A stretch of 25,456 bases of DNA from an uncultured Thiothrix sp. (GCA_964506085.1 CAZDMX010000001.1:1-25456), one strand, 5' to 3'; positions 16,613 through 25,456 are shown, counted from the stretch's first letter. The notes: generated by a model from the sequence alone, not told the origin. Translations and numbers: made by a program.

Positions 16613-19441
16613 GTGGATAAAATTAGCCTACGCGGTGCACGCACGCATAACCTAAAAAATATAGATATAGATTTGCCTCGTGATCAGTTGATTGTTATCA
16701 CGGGTTTATCCGGTTCGGGGAAATCATCATTAGCCTTTGATACCATTTTTGCAGAAGGTCAACGGCGTTATGTTGAGTCTTTGTCTGCTTATGCTCGGCA
16801 GTTTTTGTCGATGATGGAAAAGCCCGACCTTGATCATATTGAAGGTTTGTCTCCTGCTATTTCGATTGAGCAAAAAACTACTTCTCATAATCCACGATCT
16901 ACAGTCGGTACGATCACAGAAATCCATGACTATTTACGTCTGTTGTTTGCCAGAGCAGGTGTGCCGAAATGCCCTGAGCATGGAGGTGTGCTTGAGGCAC
17001 AAACAGTCAGTCAAATGGTCGATGCGGTGTTGGAATTTCCCGAAGGCAGCAAAATCATGTTGCTTGCTCCGGTGGTGAGAAACCGCAAAGGCGAGCATGT
17101 ACAGTTGTTTGAAGAACTACGTAGTGAAGGCTATCTGCGGGTGCGGATAGATGGCACCGTCTATGAGATCGATGATGTTCCCAAGTTAGAGTTACGCAAA
17201 AAGCATACGGTTGAGGTGGTTGTAGACCGGATCAAGGTTCGTGATGATTTGCAGTTACGATTATCAGAGTCTTTTGAAACGACGTTACGCTTGTCGGATG
17301 GCTTGGCTAGAGTTGCCTGGATGGATGAGGAAGGACGAGAAGAGCTGTTGTTCTCGGCCAATTTCGCGTGTTCTGAATGCGGCTATTCATTGTCAGAATT
17401 AGAGCCGCGATTATTCTCGTTTAATAGCCCTAACGGAGCATGTGATACGTGTGATGGTTTGGGAGTGCACCAATATTTCGATACTGATCGAGTGGTCTCT
17501 AAACCCAAGTTAAGCATAGCGGCCGGTGCGATACGTGGATGGGATAAGCGAAATCATTACTATCATCAGTTAATTACATCATTGGCTGATCATTATGGTT
17601 TCGATATAGATACACCCTATGAAAAACTGCCCAAAAAGATACAGAAAATATTGCTTTATGGCAGTGGAAGAACCGCTATAGAGTTTACCTATATCGGCCA
17701 AAAAGGACAGATGTACCAGCGTAAACATGCCTTTGAAGGTGTGGTAAATAACATGCAACGCCGCTATCGGGAAACAGAATCTAGTTCAGTTCGCGAGGAG
17801 CTTAATAAATATATGTCCTCTGAGGTTTGTCCAGATTGTGAGGGTGCGCGTTTAGGTGAGCCAGCACGGCATGTGTTTATTGGTGATACTAATTTGCCGA
17901 CTATCACCGATCTGCCTATTGGTGAGTCGTTTAGCTTTTTTGATAAGCTGGATTTACCTGGAAATCAGGGAAAAATTGCTGAAAAAATTGTTCGTGAAAT
18001 TTGTTTGCGACTGGAGTTTCTGGTCAATGTTGGACTGGATTATCTAACCTTGAGCCGTAGCTCGGAGACTTTGTCTGGGGGCGAGGCGCAACGTATTCGT
18101 CTGGCTTCGCAGATTGGAGCGGGGCTGGTTGGGGTAATGTATGTGCTGGATGAGCCTTCTATAGGTCTGCATCAACGAGATAATGCGCGGTTACTAAAAA
18201 CATTGGTACATTTGCGTGATTTGGGCAATACGGTCATTGTTGTTGAACACGATGAGGAGGCGATTCGACAAGCAGATCATGTTGTTGATATCGGACCAGG
18301 TGCAGGAGCGCATGGTGGGGAGATAGTCGCACAAGGCACGCCTGAAGAGGTTGAAAACACGGCGGCCTCATGCACTGGACAGTTCTTATCAGGCAAACGG
18401 AAAATTGAAATACCTAAAAAACGAACACCCGTTGATAAGAAGCGCATGTTGAAAATTAAAGGGGCGACAGGAAATAACCTGAACAGTATTAATGTCGAAA
18501 TTCCTATTGGGTTATTTACTTGTGTGACGGGTGTTTCCGGTTCTGGGAAATCGACTTTAATTAATAATACGCTGTATCCGAGTATTGCACGCTATCTTAA
18601 TAACAGCTCGTTGGAAGCTGCTCCTGTTAAAAAAATCGAAGGCTTAGAGCATTTCGATAAAATCGTAGATATTAATCAAAGCCCTATAGGTAGAACACCA
18701 CGCTCAAATCCTGCAACTTATACGGGAGTATTTACGCCGATTCGTGAGTTATTTGCAGCTACCCATGAAGCTAGGTCACGCGGTTACACTCCCGGACGTT
18801 TTAGCTTTAACGTCAAAGGTGGTCGCTGTGAAGCTTGCCGAGGTGATGGCTTAATCAAAGTGGCAATGCATTTTTTACCTGATGTTTATGTGCCTTGTGA
18901 TGTTTGTGATAGTAAGCGTTATAACCGCGAGACATTAAACGTCCATTATAAAGGTAAAAATATTAACGAAGTGTTGCAGATGACCGTTGAAGAAGCCCAT
19001 GAATTCTTCAAACCAGTCCCTAGTATTTTCGCTAAATTGGATACTTTAATGGATGTTGGACTTTCATACATAACATTAGGGCAAAATGCGACTACACTTT
19101 CAGGAGGTGAGGCGCAACGGGTCAAGTTAGCCAAGGAGTTGTCTAAGCGCAGCACGGGTAAAACGCTATACATTCTGGATGAGCCCACTACGGGTCTTCA
19201 TTTTCACGATGTTGAACAGCTACTTACCGTGTTACATAGGTTGCGAGATGGTGGTAATACCATTATCGTTATCGAACATAATCTGGATGTGATTAAAACC
19301 GCAGATTGGATTGTTGATCTTGGGCCAGAAGGCGGTAGTCGTGGTGGTAATATCATAGCGACAGGATCACCTGAGACGATTGCGAAAAACAAGGAGTCCT
19401 TTACAGGGCAGTATTTAAAAACTTTATTAGAACAAGGATAG
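16613..19441 (+). CDS. uvrA: Excinuclease ABC subunit UvrA
   Basis: GTG start, [10 protein letters not shown], two ABC ATPase modules ([22 protein letters not shown] and [27 protein letters not shown]), zinc-binding CxxC motifs, 942 aa. Confidence 0.99.
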   Translation: MDKISLRGARTHNLKNIDIDLPRDQLIVITGLSGSGKSSLAFDTIFAEGQRRYVESLSAYARQFLSMMEKPDLDHIEGLSPAISIEQKTTSHNPRSTVGTITEIHDYLRLLFARAGVPKCPEHGGVLEAQTVSQMVDAVLEFPEGSKIMLLAPVVRNRKGEHVQLFEELRSEGYLRVRIDGTVYEIDDVPKLELRKKHTVEVVVDRIKVRDDLQLRLSESFETTLRLSDGLARVAWMDEEGREELLFSANFACSECGYSLSELEPRLFSFNSPNGACDTCDGLGVHQYFDTDRVVSKPKLSIAAGAIRGWDKRNHYYHQLITSLADHYGFDIDTPYEKLPKKIQKILLYGSGRTAIEFTYIGQKGQMYQRKHAFEGVVNNMQRRYRETESSSVREELNKYMSSEVCPDCEGARLGEPARHVFIGDTNLPTITDLPIGESFSFFDKLDLPGNQGKIAEKIVREICLRLEFLVNVGLDYLTLSRSSETLSGGEAQRIRLASQIGAGLVGVMYVLDEPSIGLHQRDNARLLKTLVHLRDLGNTVIVVEHDEEAIRQADHVVDIGPGAGAHGGEIVAQGTPEEVENTAASCTGQFLSGKRKIEIPKKRTPVDKKRMLKIKGATGNNLNSINVEIPIGLFTCVTGVSGSGKSTLINNTLYPSIARYLNNSSLEAAPVKKIEGLEHFDKIVDINQSPIGRTPRSNPATYTGVFTPIRELFAATHEARSRGYTPGRFSFNVKGGRCEACRGDGLIKVAMHFLPDVYVPCDVCDSKRYNRETLNVHYKGKNINEVLQMTVEEAHEFFKPVPSIFAKLDTLMDVGLSYITLGQNATTLSGGEAQRVKLAKELSKRSTGKTLYILDEPTTGLHFHDVEQLLTVLHRLRDGGNTIIVIEHNLDVIKTADWIVDLGPEGGSRGGNIIATGSPETIAKNKESFTGQYLKTLLEQG

Positions 19442-19457
19442 TAAAAGGATAAATATC

Positions 19458-20075
19458 ATGATAGCTACGCAAAGAGAACAAAAATATCAAAAACCATTTT
19501 TAGTAGTAGGTCTAGTCGTTGCATTAGGGGCTTTGAGTGGCTGTACTTTGAACGAAGGTGATCCACAGACGACCTTATGTCAAAAACTCACCGCACATTT
19601 AATGAATGCCCAAGGAGTGCAATGGGGTGAAACCAGTAAAACCCCTGGTGCAGATAAAAGTATGAATGTGACCGTTCGATGGGAAAGCCAAGATGCCAGT
19701 GGCACGATTCCTATGCAAGCGGGTTGTACTTATTTATCGAATGAAGATGATGCAGGTGAAGACTTTGAGATGAATATAGAAGGTGAATACCAGGGTGTTC
19801 CTGATAACATGGTGATTAATGGCCAGGCGGTGCGTCAACAGGATTTATATACAGCTATTCACAAAGTAACAGGGCAAGCGATAAGAGAAACCGCTAGCGA
19901 AGAACATTTACGCAAAAAAGCAGCCGAAGCGGATCAGGCAATTCGTGAAGGTGCGGCAGTTGTAAAAGAGAAAGCGGGTGAGGCGGCACAAGTTATCAAA
20001 GAAGGTTCGGAGCAATTTAAGCAGAAAGCGGGTGAGGTTTTGCAAAAGGCGGGGGAGCATTTACAACAGAAGTAA
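19458..20075 (+). CDS. Hypothetical lipoprotein with amphipathic repeat C-terminus
   Basis: Hydrophobic stretch ending in lipobox LSGC (Cys29). The C-terminus has repeated (E/Q)KAGE units. 16 nt after the uvrA stop with AAGGA SD. Confidence 0.72.
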   Translation: MIATQREQKYQKPFLVVGLVVALGALSGCTLNEGDPQTTLCQKLTAHLMNAQGVQWGETSKTPGADKSMNVTVRWESQDASGTIPMQAGCTYLSNEDDAGEDFEMNIEGEYQGVPDNMVINGQAVRQQDLYTAIHKVTGQAIRETASEEHLRKKAAEADQAIREGAAVVKEKAGEAAQVIKEGSEQFKQKAGEVLQKAGEHLQQK

Positions 20076-20104
20076 GTCAGGGTGTGATTAAAAGTGATGC
20101 TTTT

Positions 20105-20176
20105 GTAGGTTGTGGGTGAGGAACGAACCCCAACATGACTGATTCTATTGGGGTTCCAACGTCACTTACAACCTAC
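20105..20176. repeat. Inverted GTAG-REP doublet (second family)
   Basis: GTAGGTTGTGGGTGAGGAACGAACCCCAAC (20105-20134) and a degenerate inverted copy, reverse complement GTAGGTTGTAAGTGACGTTGGAACCCCAAT (20176-20147). Lies between convergent genes. Confidence 0.7.
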
Positions 20177-20224
20177 AAATTGTGGTATTTTTGCATTAAC
20201 ATCACTTTTAACCGTACCTGCAAG

Positions 20225-21595
20225 TCAGCTTAAATTTGACGTATTATACAAATATCCCTTACGAGGGATATTGGTAACTAGATTTTTAATATTTGCATGG
20301 GTCAATTTGCCGGTTAGCCGTTGTAATGCTGACCGAATAGAGGGGCCAGAGTTAGGTTTTAATATTTCAATTAATTCATTAACAGTCACTATGCTTCCTT
20401 CATTTTTTTCTAAATAGACAATAATTTCCCACTCTGTTGGGGACAGCGTGACGACTTTACTGGATTGATTTGGAATATGGTAAATAATGTCCCCGGCATA
20501 GCTGTCAGGTGTTTTTGGTTGAAGTGTAATCTTGGGGTGGCCATGAGACGTTTCTTTTTTTGATACAAGTGGTAATTGGTCACTTTCATTCAACATGGAT
20601 AATCTATCTACCGTCACCTCTCGAATAATCTTACAGACAAAACCGATTTTCTCATTTTTCTTATTTAGAATTCCAGCCTGACGTAAAACTCTGATGCCAT
20701 TGACGTGATGTGGCGGGTCTCCTTGAATGACTTCTTTCAGTGTGGTTCGGTAAACCTCAATGGGTAAAATTGACTCGGCCCAATCCAGCTCGGTGAATAT
20801 GCGGGGGCTACAATTTTCTATTATCGTTGGAATCAGTGCTGAAAAAACGGTGTCGATATACTTTGCGTATTCATTAGTAGCCACTTCTGTTCCTTCGCTT
20901 AATAGCTTGCGGATGAAGGTATTGATAGTACGATGTAAAAGAATGGGATGGCCACCTGATATCTGTAGGATATGTTGGCCTATAGAGAGTTTCTCCTTGT
21001 TGAGTATTTTCAACGCTTGCACTTTATCAGGTTTTGTTGCTATAGAGCGTGCGTGGTAATCCAGAACAGACTGGATTATTATGGGTATTTTATTCTCCCA
21101 TAACCCATCCCAGGGCGACAACCACAAGCTTGCAAAGGATGATAGCCCCAGTGAACCTATCATGGTTGTATTTAAGCGTGTTGGGTTTTTTGTGTGGAAT
21201 GATTCATTCAGGCCGGGTAATTCACTTCCTAAAAAATGCGCGCGTGTGGGAGTGCATGAAGTGGCAATAACAATCCGTTCGTCAGCACTGTTCAAGTTTC
21301 TAAATTCAATCTCTAGTTTACTATCATAGATATGATCAAGGTTGTCGATTAGTAGTATTCCCTTATTGTCTTCTGCACGACACCATTGAATAATTTCTTT
21401 GATGTCTTCTTGTTTGTTTCTGATGGAGCCTTTAATAAACAAGGTTTTCACACCATCTCTATTAAGTGCTTCTAACAGCTTTTCAATAAAGACAGATTTT
21501 CCCATGCCAGGACCGGCCTGAATGATTGTTTTCTCAGGTAGTGCTATTAAATCATTTAAGCGGTGTTGATATAAAAATGGAAATGAATCATTCAT
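20225..21595 (-). CDS. STAND-like P-loop NTPase with C-terminal OmpR/Trans_reg_C-type winged helix
   Basis: Walker A AGPGMGKS, Walker B LLIDNLD, GxP helical-domain motif SGGHPILL. C-terminal LSPTEWEIIVYLEKNEGSIVTVNEL...SALQRLTGKL...LVTNIPRKGYLY matches the OmpR wHTH pattern (LTxxExxLLxxL...GxVVSREEL...IxRLRxKL...IxTVRGxGY). Confidence 0.75.
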   Translation of the reverse strand: MNDSFPFLYQHRLNDLIALPEKTIIQAGPGMGKSVFIEKLLEALNRDGVKTLFIKGSIRNKQEDIKEIIQWCRAEDNKGILLIDNLDHIYDSKLEIEFRNLNSADERIVIATSCTPTRAHFLGSELPGLNESFHTKNPTRLNTTMIGSLGLSSFASLWLSPWDGLWENKIPIIIQSVLDYHARSIATKPDKVQALKILNKEKLSIGQHILQISGGHPILLHRTINTFIRKLLSEGTEVATNEYAKYIDTVFSALIPTIIENCSPRIFTELDWAESILPIEVYRTTLKEVIQGDPPHHVNGIRVLRQAGILNKKNEKIGFVCKIIREVTVDRLSMLNESDQLPLVSKKETSHGHPKITLQPKTPDSYAGDIIYHIPNQSSKVVTLSPTEWEIIVYLEKNEGSIVTVNELIEILKPNSGPSIRSALQRLTGKLTHANIKNLVTNIPRKGYLYNTSNLS

Positions 21596-21625
21596 GCTAT
21601 AAATATCCTGGTATTTAAGTAGAGT

Positions 21626-24600
21626 CTAGATAATATGATTGTTTTGAATCCAGTCCGCTAATAAAGGAGCGGAAATTCTGATGCTATTATTCTTCTTGTT
21701 AAATCCACCCATTGCATCAAGGTCGTAAAATAAATCTTTCACATCACCAAGGGTGGCTTGTATTTTCAGGGAATCATTACTCGGATGTTTGTTGTTCAGA
21801 TATTTATTATTTATTGACTCAATAACCTCATCTACAGTTACCCAAGTTTTTGACCATTTTTTGCCTTTCATTTTCCTGCGTTCAAACAAGAGTTCCAGAA
21901 CACATTTCACATATTCGTGTAGGCCGCTCTTATCATAATAGCCTTCGGGGAAAATTCGATCAGCGAACAAGGTATCGTTTGATAATATTTCGTCACGAGC
22001 TCTTCGGGCATCAGTTTCGGTAAATTCGACCATCTCACCACTGGCTGCCTTTTGAGAGGCATATTCCCACATTTTCCGTCCTAAATGGTTTAACCAAAAT
22101 GGGTTGCCATTGGTGATTTTCCAGAGGTTATTAGTGATGTGATTGTTGACGCTGATTCGGTATTTCCAGCGTAATTGATTAACGCTCAATAGTTCCCTAG
22201 CATGGAATTGGGAAAAAGGTTTAACTTCCACAGGGTCACTGGCGCGAAGTATGTTTTTCAGGTCGACGTGTAATGAGTTGACGGGGGCTTTGGGGCCAAT
22301 CCAGATTAATAATGTGCCTGGTTTGTTATAAATCATTCCGGAAAACTGTTTAATGTTCTCAAGCTCTCGTGAGTCTCCTGCCGAATCCGCAACATGTGCT
22401 TGGCGAAAAGGGATTAAAGCCTCGTCAACAATAAGTACGGTTACGATGCGTTTCTTGTGGTTTGTAGTTTGACCAGATACTTCCAGGATTTCTTCAAGAC
22501 ACTTGCTGTTAGGATTAGGGCCTTGGAAATAATCCCGACCTTTATAGTGCTCGTTAATCTCTTTTTGTAGTCCTTCTGCTAACTTGTTCTCCACATCACT
22601 CCAATGGTCTTGTGTTTGTGCCTGATAATAAACAACAAGAGGAAGCACATTTTCATTTTGTTGCTTAAGTGTGCGCTGAAACCGATAGGCTAGACTGGTC
22701 TTTCCTGTTTTTAAGGGGCCTGAGATAAACGCTTTACCTCCAGCAAAGGTGGAGATGGCTTGGTAATCAAAAGCATGTTGAAGTTCGGCTAATTGTTCTT
22801 CACGGTTATAAAAATTCTGATCTTGCTTAACGACGCCACCACAAGTATAAGGTGCTGGAATCATTGCATTTTGCATGTTTAAATCATTGCGAGGAGGTAG
22901 TGCATTTTCCAGAATGGGAGTTTTGGGGTCGTTGGGGCCAAGAATGCGCTGAATATTGTCTAGCATTTTTAGTTTTTTATGTACGGCTATTATGCTGTCC
23001 GTAGATACAAGCCCTACTTCAATGCGTATAACACTCCAGTCTTGTCCTAAGTGTTTACCAATAACCTCCGTCACTGTAACTCCTAAATCATGTAGTGTGT
23101 TTAGGATTTGACTAAGAATGCCTTCTGCACCGTTAATTTCACCACTGATTTCAAAGAGGAAATATTGCCCCATCGTTGGACGTAATCGAGTTTCCACTAC
23201 CTCTCCACCTTCTCCGCATGATGCGTTTCTGCGGTGGAAAACAAGCGTGTTATTTTTAATTTTTATGACGCGTTCACAATGCCGATCGGGTGTACATTTT
23301 TTGCAGATAGAGATACTTAGTTTACCTTTTCGGGTTCCTTTGGTAATGAGGTCTTCTTTGGGGAAATGGATTGCAGAATTAACCCAGCCTTTTAATGAGT
23401 GGATAAAGACTCTTTCTTTGTAATCATCGATGTCAGAAGTAAAAGGGTAGCTGGTATCTTTACAATTTTCTTTTTCTTCTTTAATGCCTAGCTCATTGAG
23501 CCATCGACGTACATTAAACAAATCTACCTTGTGTGATGAGGATTGGCTCGTAAATATAATACTATTGGCTTCTGAGACGACGGCCTGTAATACCAAGTCA
23601 CGAACGTCATCAGTCATGTGGGCGTATTGAGGAATGATTTTACATAAACGATCATTTCCATTTGCAATAAAATTTTCCGCTAGGTTGATTTTTAACTTAC
23701 GACGAAGATGTCGTTTTTTTGTAGTGGTAAGGGTATCCCACCCTTGAGGTAGCAACGAATAGCTATCATTGACATGTAGCTCTACTTCATCTCCATCTGC
23801 AAGCTGATCCAAAAGTTTCAATTTCTTACTTTTATTCACAATGGCATATTCAGTTTTACCCACAAAACTGTCGTGCAAATGAGAGGAAAAATCTAAAACG
23901 GTAGAACCCAGCGGAAGATCACAAAAATTTCCTCTGGGGGTATATATTCGAATGTTCTTGTTCTTCTCAGGAGTGCGTTTTTCTTTCATGTGCTTGGCGA
24001 GCGCGCTTTTCCAAGGGTGTTGTGAGGTCTTTTCTTTAACAATAAAACGCACATGTATCCTGCTCTGTATTTTATTCTCTCTGATGTCTATGATGGTGTG
24101 GATGGCTTTGTAACCAGAAGGAGGAGGGTTGCCAATAAAATCTGTGAAATATTCATCAAGACTTAATACCGATCGGTGAGTATGTAAATGCCCCAGTAAC
24201 TGATAGCAATTTTCAATACTTTGGCAGCGTACGGTAACAAACCCGATACGCCACAAATTGACGCTAATATTATGAGGGTGAATATCACCTAGTTTGAGCT
24301 TGTTTCTCATTGAGGCAACGTGCCGCCATTTCCATTCGATACTTTTAATATCATGGTTGTTTAAGCAAGAAAGCTTCGAAGAAAAAATACTAATAATTTG
24401 CTCGAGATGTTTTTTGCTTTGCGCTTTTACCGCAGGGTCTTTACACTTTTTTATTATTTTTTGTGCGAGATCATATTCAGCCCCTATAAATGAAATATCT
24501 TGAAGCGTATTGCGCTCACACCACAAGCCGCAGTATTCGGCACAAGCTGCGACAACAAAGCGTGTGAACTCGAGCTCTTTTTTATATTCACCCGAATAAC

Positions 24601-25039
24601 GTTTACGTGACGTCTCTGGTAATAAGATGGGGCTATATCTATCAAGCTTAGGCAAATCGCAGATCTGTGATTTATAATTCCTTGTCCAGTTTTGTATTCG
24701 ACCTTGAGGATCCCATTTAGACAGATGTTCGAATACTAAAAAGGGAATGGCTCTGGGTTCAATAAGCTGTGTTAGTTGGTTTCTAAAAAAAGAATGTTTA
24801 TTTTTGCCTTCGCATTTGCTCGGTCTTTTTTTCTTTAGATGTTCCCACTCTTCTAGTAATTGACTTGTATCGTCGCTGAGTTTTCTGCGATCTCTTTTCC
24901 TGATTGTGTAATTACCAGATGCCTCAATAAGCACATCATCCCCTTGATAAATAGTAGTAACTAATTCATCTAGACGTTTCGGAAAAGGAGGTAATTTAAA
25001 CCCACTTTTCATTTTTAAATGATGATAGGGATAGCGCAT
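21626..25039 (-). CDS. RelA/SpoT-like scaffold (degenerate HD and SYNTH, TGS, ZFD, ACT) fused to a STAND-like NTPase
   Basis: SYNTH-like NCYQLLGHLH...FTDFIGNPPPSGYKAIHT (~24211-24096). TGS IYTPRG..DLPLGSTVLDFSSHLH...GDEVEL (~23950-23777). ZFD CKKCTP...FHRRNASC (~23305-23217). ACT-like segment (~23165-22940). Then PYTCGG...FYNREEQL, Walker A GPLKTGKT, Walker B VLIVDEA, GNPFWL. TAAGGTG SD. Confidence 0.82.
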   Translation of the reverse strand: MRYPYHHLKMKSGFKLPPFPKRLDELVTTIYQGDDVLIEASGNYTIRKRDRRKLSDDTSQLLEEWEHLKKKRPSKCEGKNKHSFFRNQLTQLIEPRAIPFLVFEHLSKWDPQGRIQNWTRNYKSQICDLPKLDRYSPILLPETSRKRYSGEYKKELEFTRFVVAACAEYCGLWCERNTLQDISFIGAEYDLAQKIIKKCKDPAVKAQSKKHLEQIISIFSSKLSCLNNHDIKSIEWKWRHVASMRNKLKLGDIHPHNISVNLWRIGFVTVRCQSIENCYQLLGHLHTHRSVLSLDEYFTDFIGNPPPSGYKAIHTIIDIRENKIQSRIHVRFIVKEKTSQHPWKSALAKHMKEKRTPEKNKNIRIYTPRGNFCDLPLGSTVLDFSSHLHDSFVGKTEYAIVNKSKKLKLLDQLADGDEVELHVNDSYSLLPQGWDTLTTTKKRHLRRKLKINLAENFIANGNDRLCKIIPQYAHMTDDVRDLVLQAVVSEANSIIFTSQSSSHKVDLFNVRRWLNELGIKEEKENCKDTSYPFTSDIDDYKERVFIHSLKGWVNSAIHFPKEDLITKGTRKGKLSISICKKCTPDRHCERVIKIKNNTLVFHRRNASCGEGGEVVETRLRPTMGQYFLFEISGEINGAEGILSQILNTLHDLGVTVTEVIGKHLGQDWSVIRIEVGLVSTDSIIAVHKKLKMLDNIQRILGPNDPKTPILENALPPRNDLNMQNAMIPAPYTCGGVVKQDQNFYNREEQLAELQHAFDYQAISTFAGGKAFISGPLKTGKTSLAYRFQRTLKQQNENVLPLVVYYQAQTQDHWSDVENKLAEGLQKEINEHYKGRDYFQGPNPNSKCLEEILEVSGQTTNHKKRIVTVLIVDEALIPFRQAHVADSAGDSRELENIKQFSGMIYNKPGTLLIWIGPKAPVNSLHVDLKNILRASDPVEVKPFSQFHARELLSVNQLRWKYRISVNNHITNNLWKITNGNPFWLNHLGRKMWEYASQKAASGEMVEFTETDARRARDEILSNDTLFADRIFPEGYYDKSGLHEYVKCVLELLFERRKMKGKKWSKTWVTVDEVIESINNKYLNNKHPSNDSLKIQATLGDVKDLFYDLDAMGGFNKKNNSIRISAPLLADWIQNNHII

Positions 25040-25052
25040 GGCACACCTTATA

Positions 25053-25154
25053 TTATCGATATGATCGATAATAATAGCTTATTTCTTGACATTTTTGAAA
25101 TAAGGGTTATATTATTTATATCATCGAAGTTATCGGAATAATCGAAGTTATCGG
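25053..25154. promoter_or_regulatory. Divergent promoter region with operator-like repeats
   Basis: TTGACA (25086-25091)-N16-TATATT (25108-25113). Inverted repeat CTTATTTC-N11-GAAATAAG (25078-25104) straddles the -35. Exact direct repeat ATCGAAGTTATCGG at 25123-25136 and 25141-25154. Further ATCGAT motifs at 25055-25069. Confidence 0.55.
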
Positions 25155-25200
25155 TATCTAAGAGATTTAATAAGAATAATAAATAACAGGAGCTAAAAAA

Positions 25201-25347
25201 ATGAAAACTATAAAAGAAAATATTGATTTAATCATTGAAGAAGAGGAGATAGAAATGGAATCACGTGATAGCCTGATAGGCCTAATGAGTGTAGTTATTA
25301 TTTTACTATTGATTGGTTTTTTTGTATTGGCGGGTGTTAGCGGTTAG
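25201..25347 (+). CDS. Small single-pass membrane protein, 48 aa
   Basis: AGGAG SD, then MKTIKENIDLIIEEEEIEMESRDSLIGLMSVVIILLLIGFFVLAGVSG*. Acidic N-terminus and one C-terminal hydrophobic helix. Downstream of a sigma70-like promoter; below the ORF-track cutoff. Confidence 0.6.
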   Translation: MKTIKENIDLIIEEEEIEMESRDSLIGLMSVVIILLLIGFFVLAGVSG

Positions 25348-25351
25348 TACA

Positions 25352-25456
25352 ACCTAAAAAACGCAGTTGAAACGTAGCGAGAATGACTAGAGTGCTGAAG
25401 GTAAAGGAATTTCTGGAAAATGTTGGCTTTATTCGTAGTCACTCTACGGGTGAAGT
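25352..25456. mobile_element. MITE-like element, copy 2 (inverted relative to copy 1; truncated by window end)
   Basis: Matches the reverse complement of 16357-16461 with 2 mismatches over 105 nt (hand alignment). Confidence 0.82.

Noticed and set aside
16730-24503. Short ORFs overlapping uvrA and the two NTPase genes
   Set aside because: Antisense or alternate-frame shadows with no independent evidence.
25123-25154. CRISPR array or iteron interpretation of the ATCGAAGTTATCGG repeats
   Set aside because: Only two 14-bp copies with a 4-nt spacer, and no cas or rep gene.

Overview
Gammaproteobacterial chromosomal window (inferred from gene order and GTAG-type REP elements). Core DNA-repair genes (yebC-ruvC-ruvA-ruvB-ybgC and uvrA) alternate with accessory blocks. 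(1) A Fic gene sits 1 nt upstream of a complete Wadjet (jetABCD) anti-plasmid operon, where tolQ would normally follow ybgC, and the block ends in a collapsed phd-vapC toxin-antitoxin remnant. (2) A bufferin/oxazolin-type MNIO (DUF692) RiPP cluster has two tandem Cys-rich precursors with an identical 29-aa core, one with a lipoprotein signal and one with a Sec/SPase I signal. (3) The most unusual block is a two-gene minus-strand operon. It encodes a 1137-aa protein with the full RelA/SpoT domain series (degenerate HD and synthetase, then TGS, ZFD, ACT) fused to a STAND-like P-loop NTPase, followed by a second STAND-like NTPase with an OmpR-type winged-helix tail. Non-coding features include two inverted copies of a ~177-bp palindromic MITE-like element, two REP doublets (one carrying nested inserts), several operator-like repeats, and a probable ATT start codon for ruvC. 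All family assignments come from motif recognition by eye; no database searches were run.
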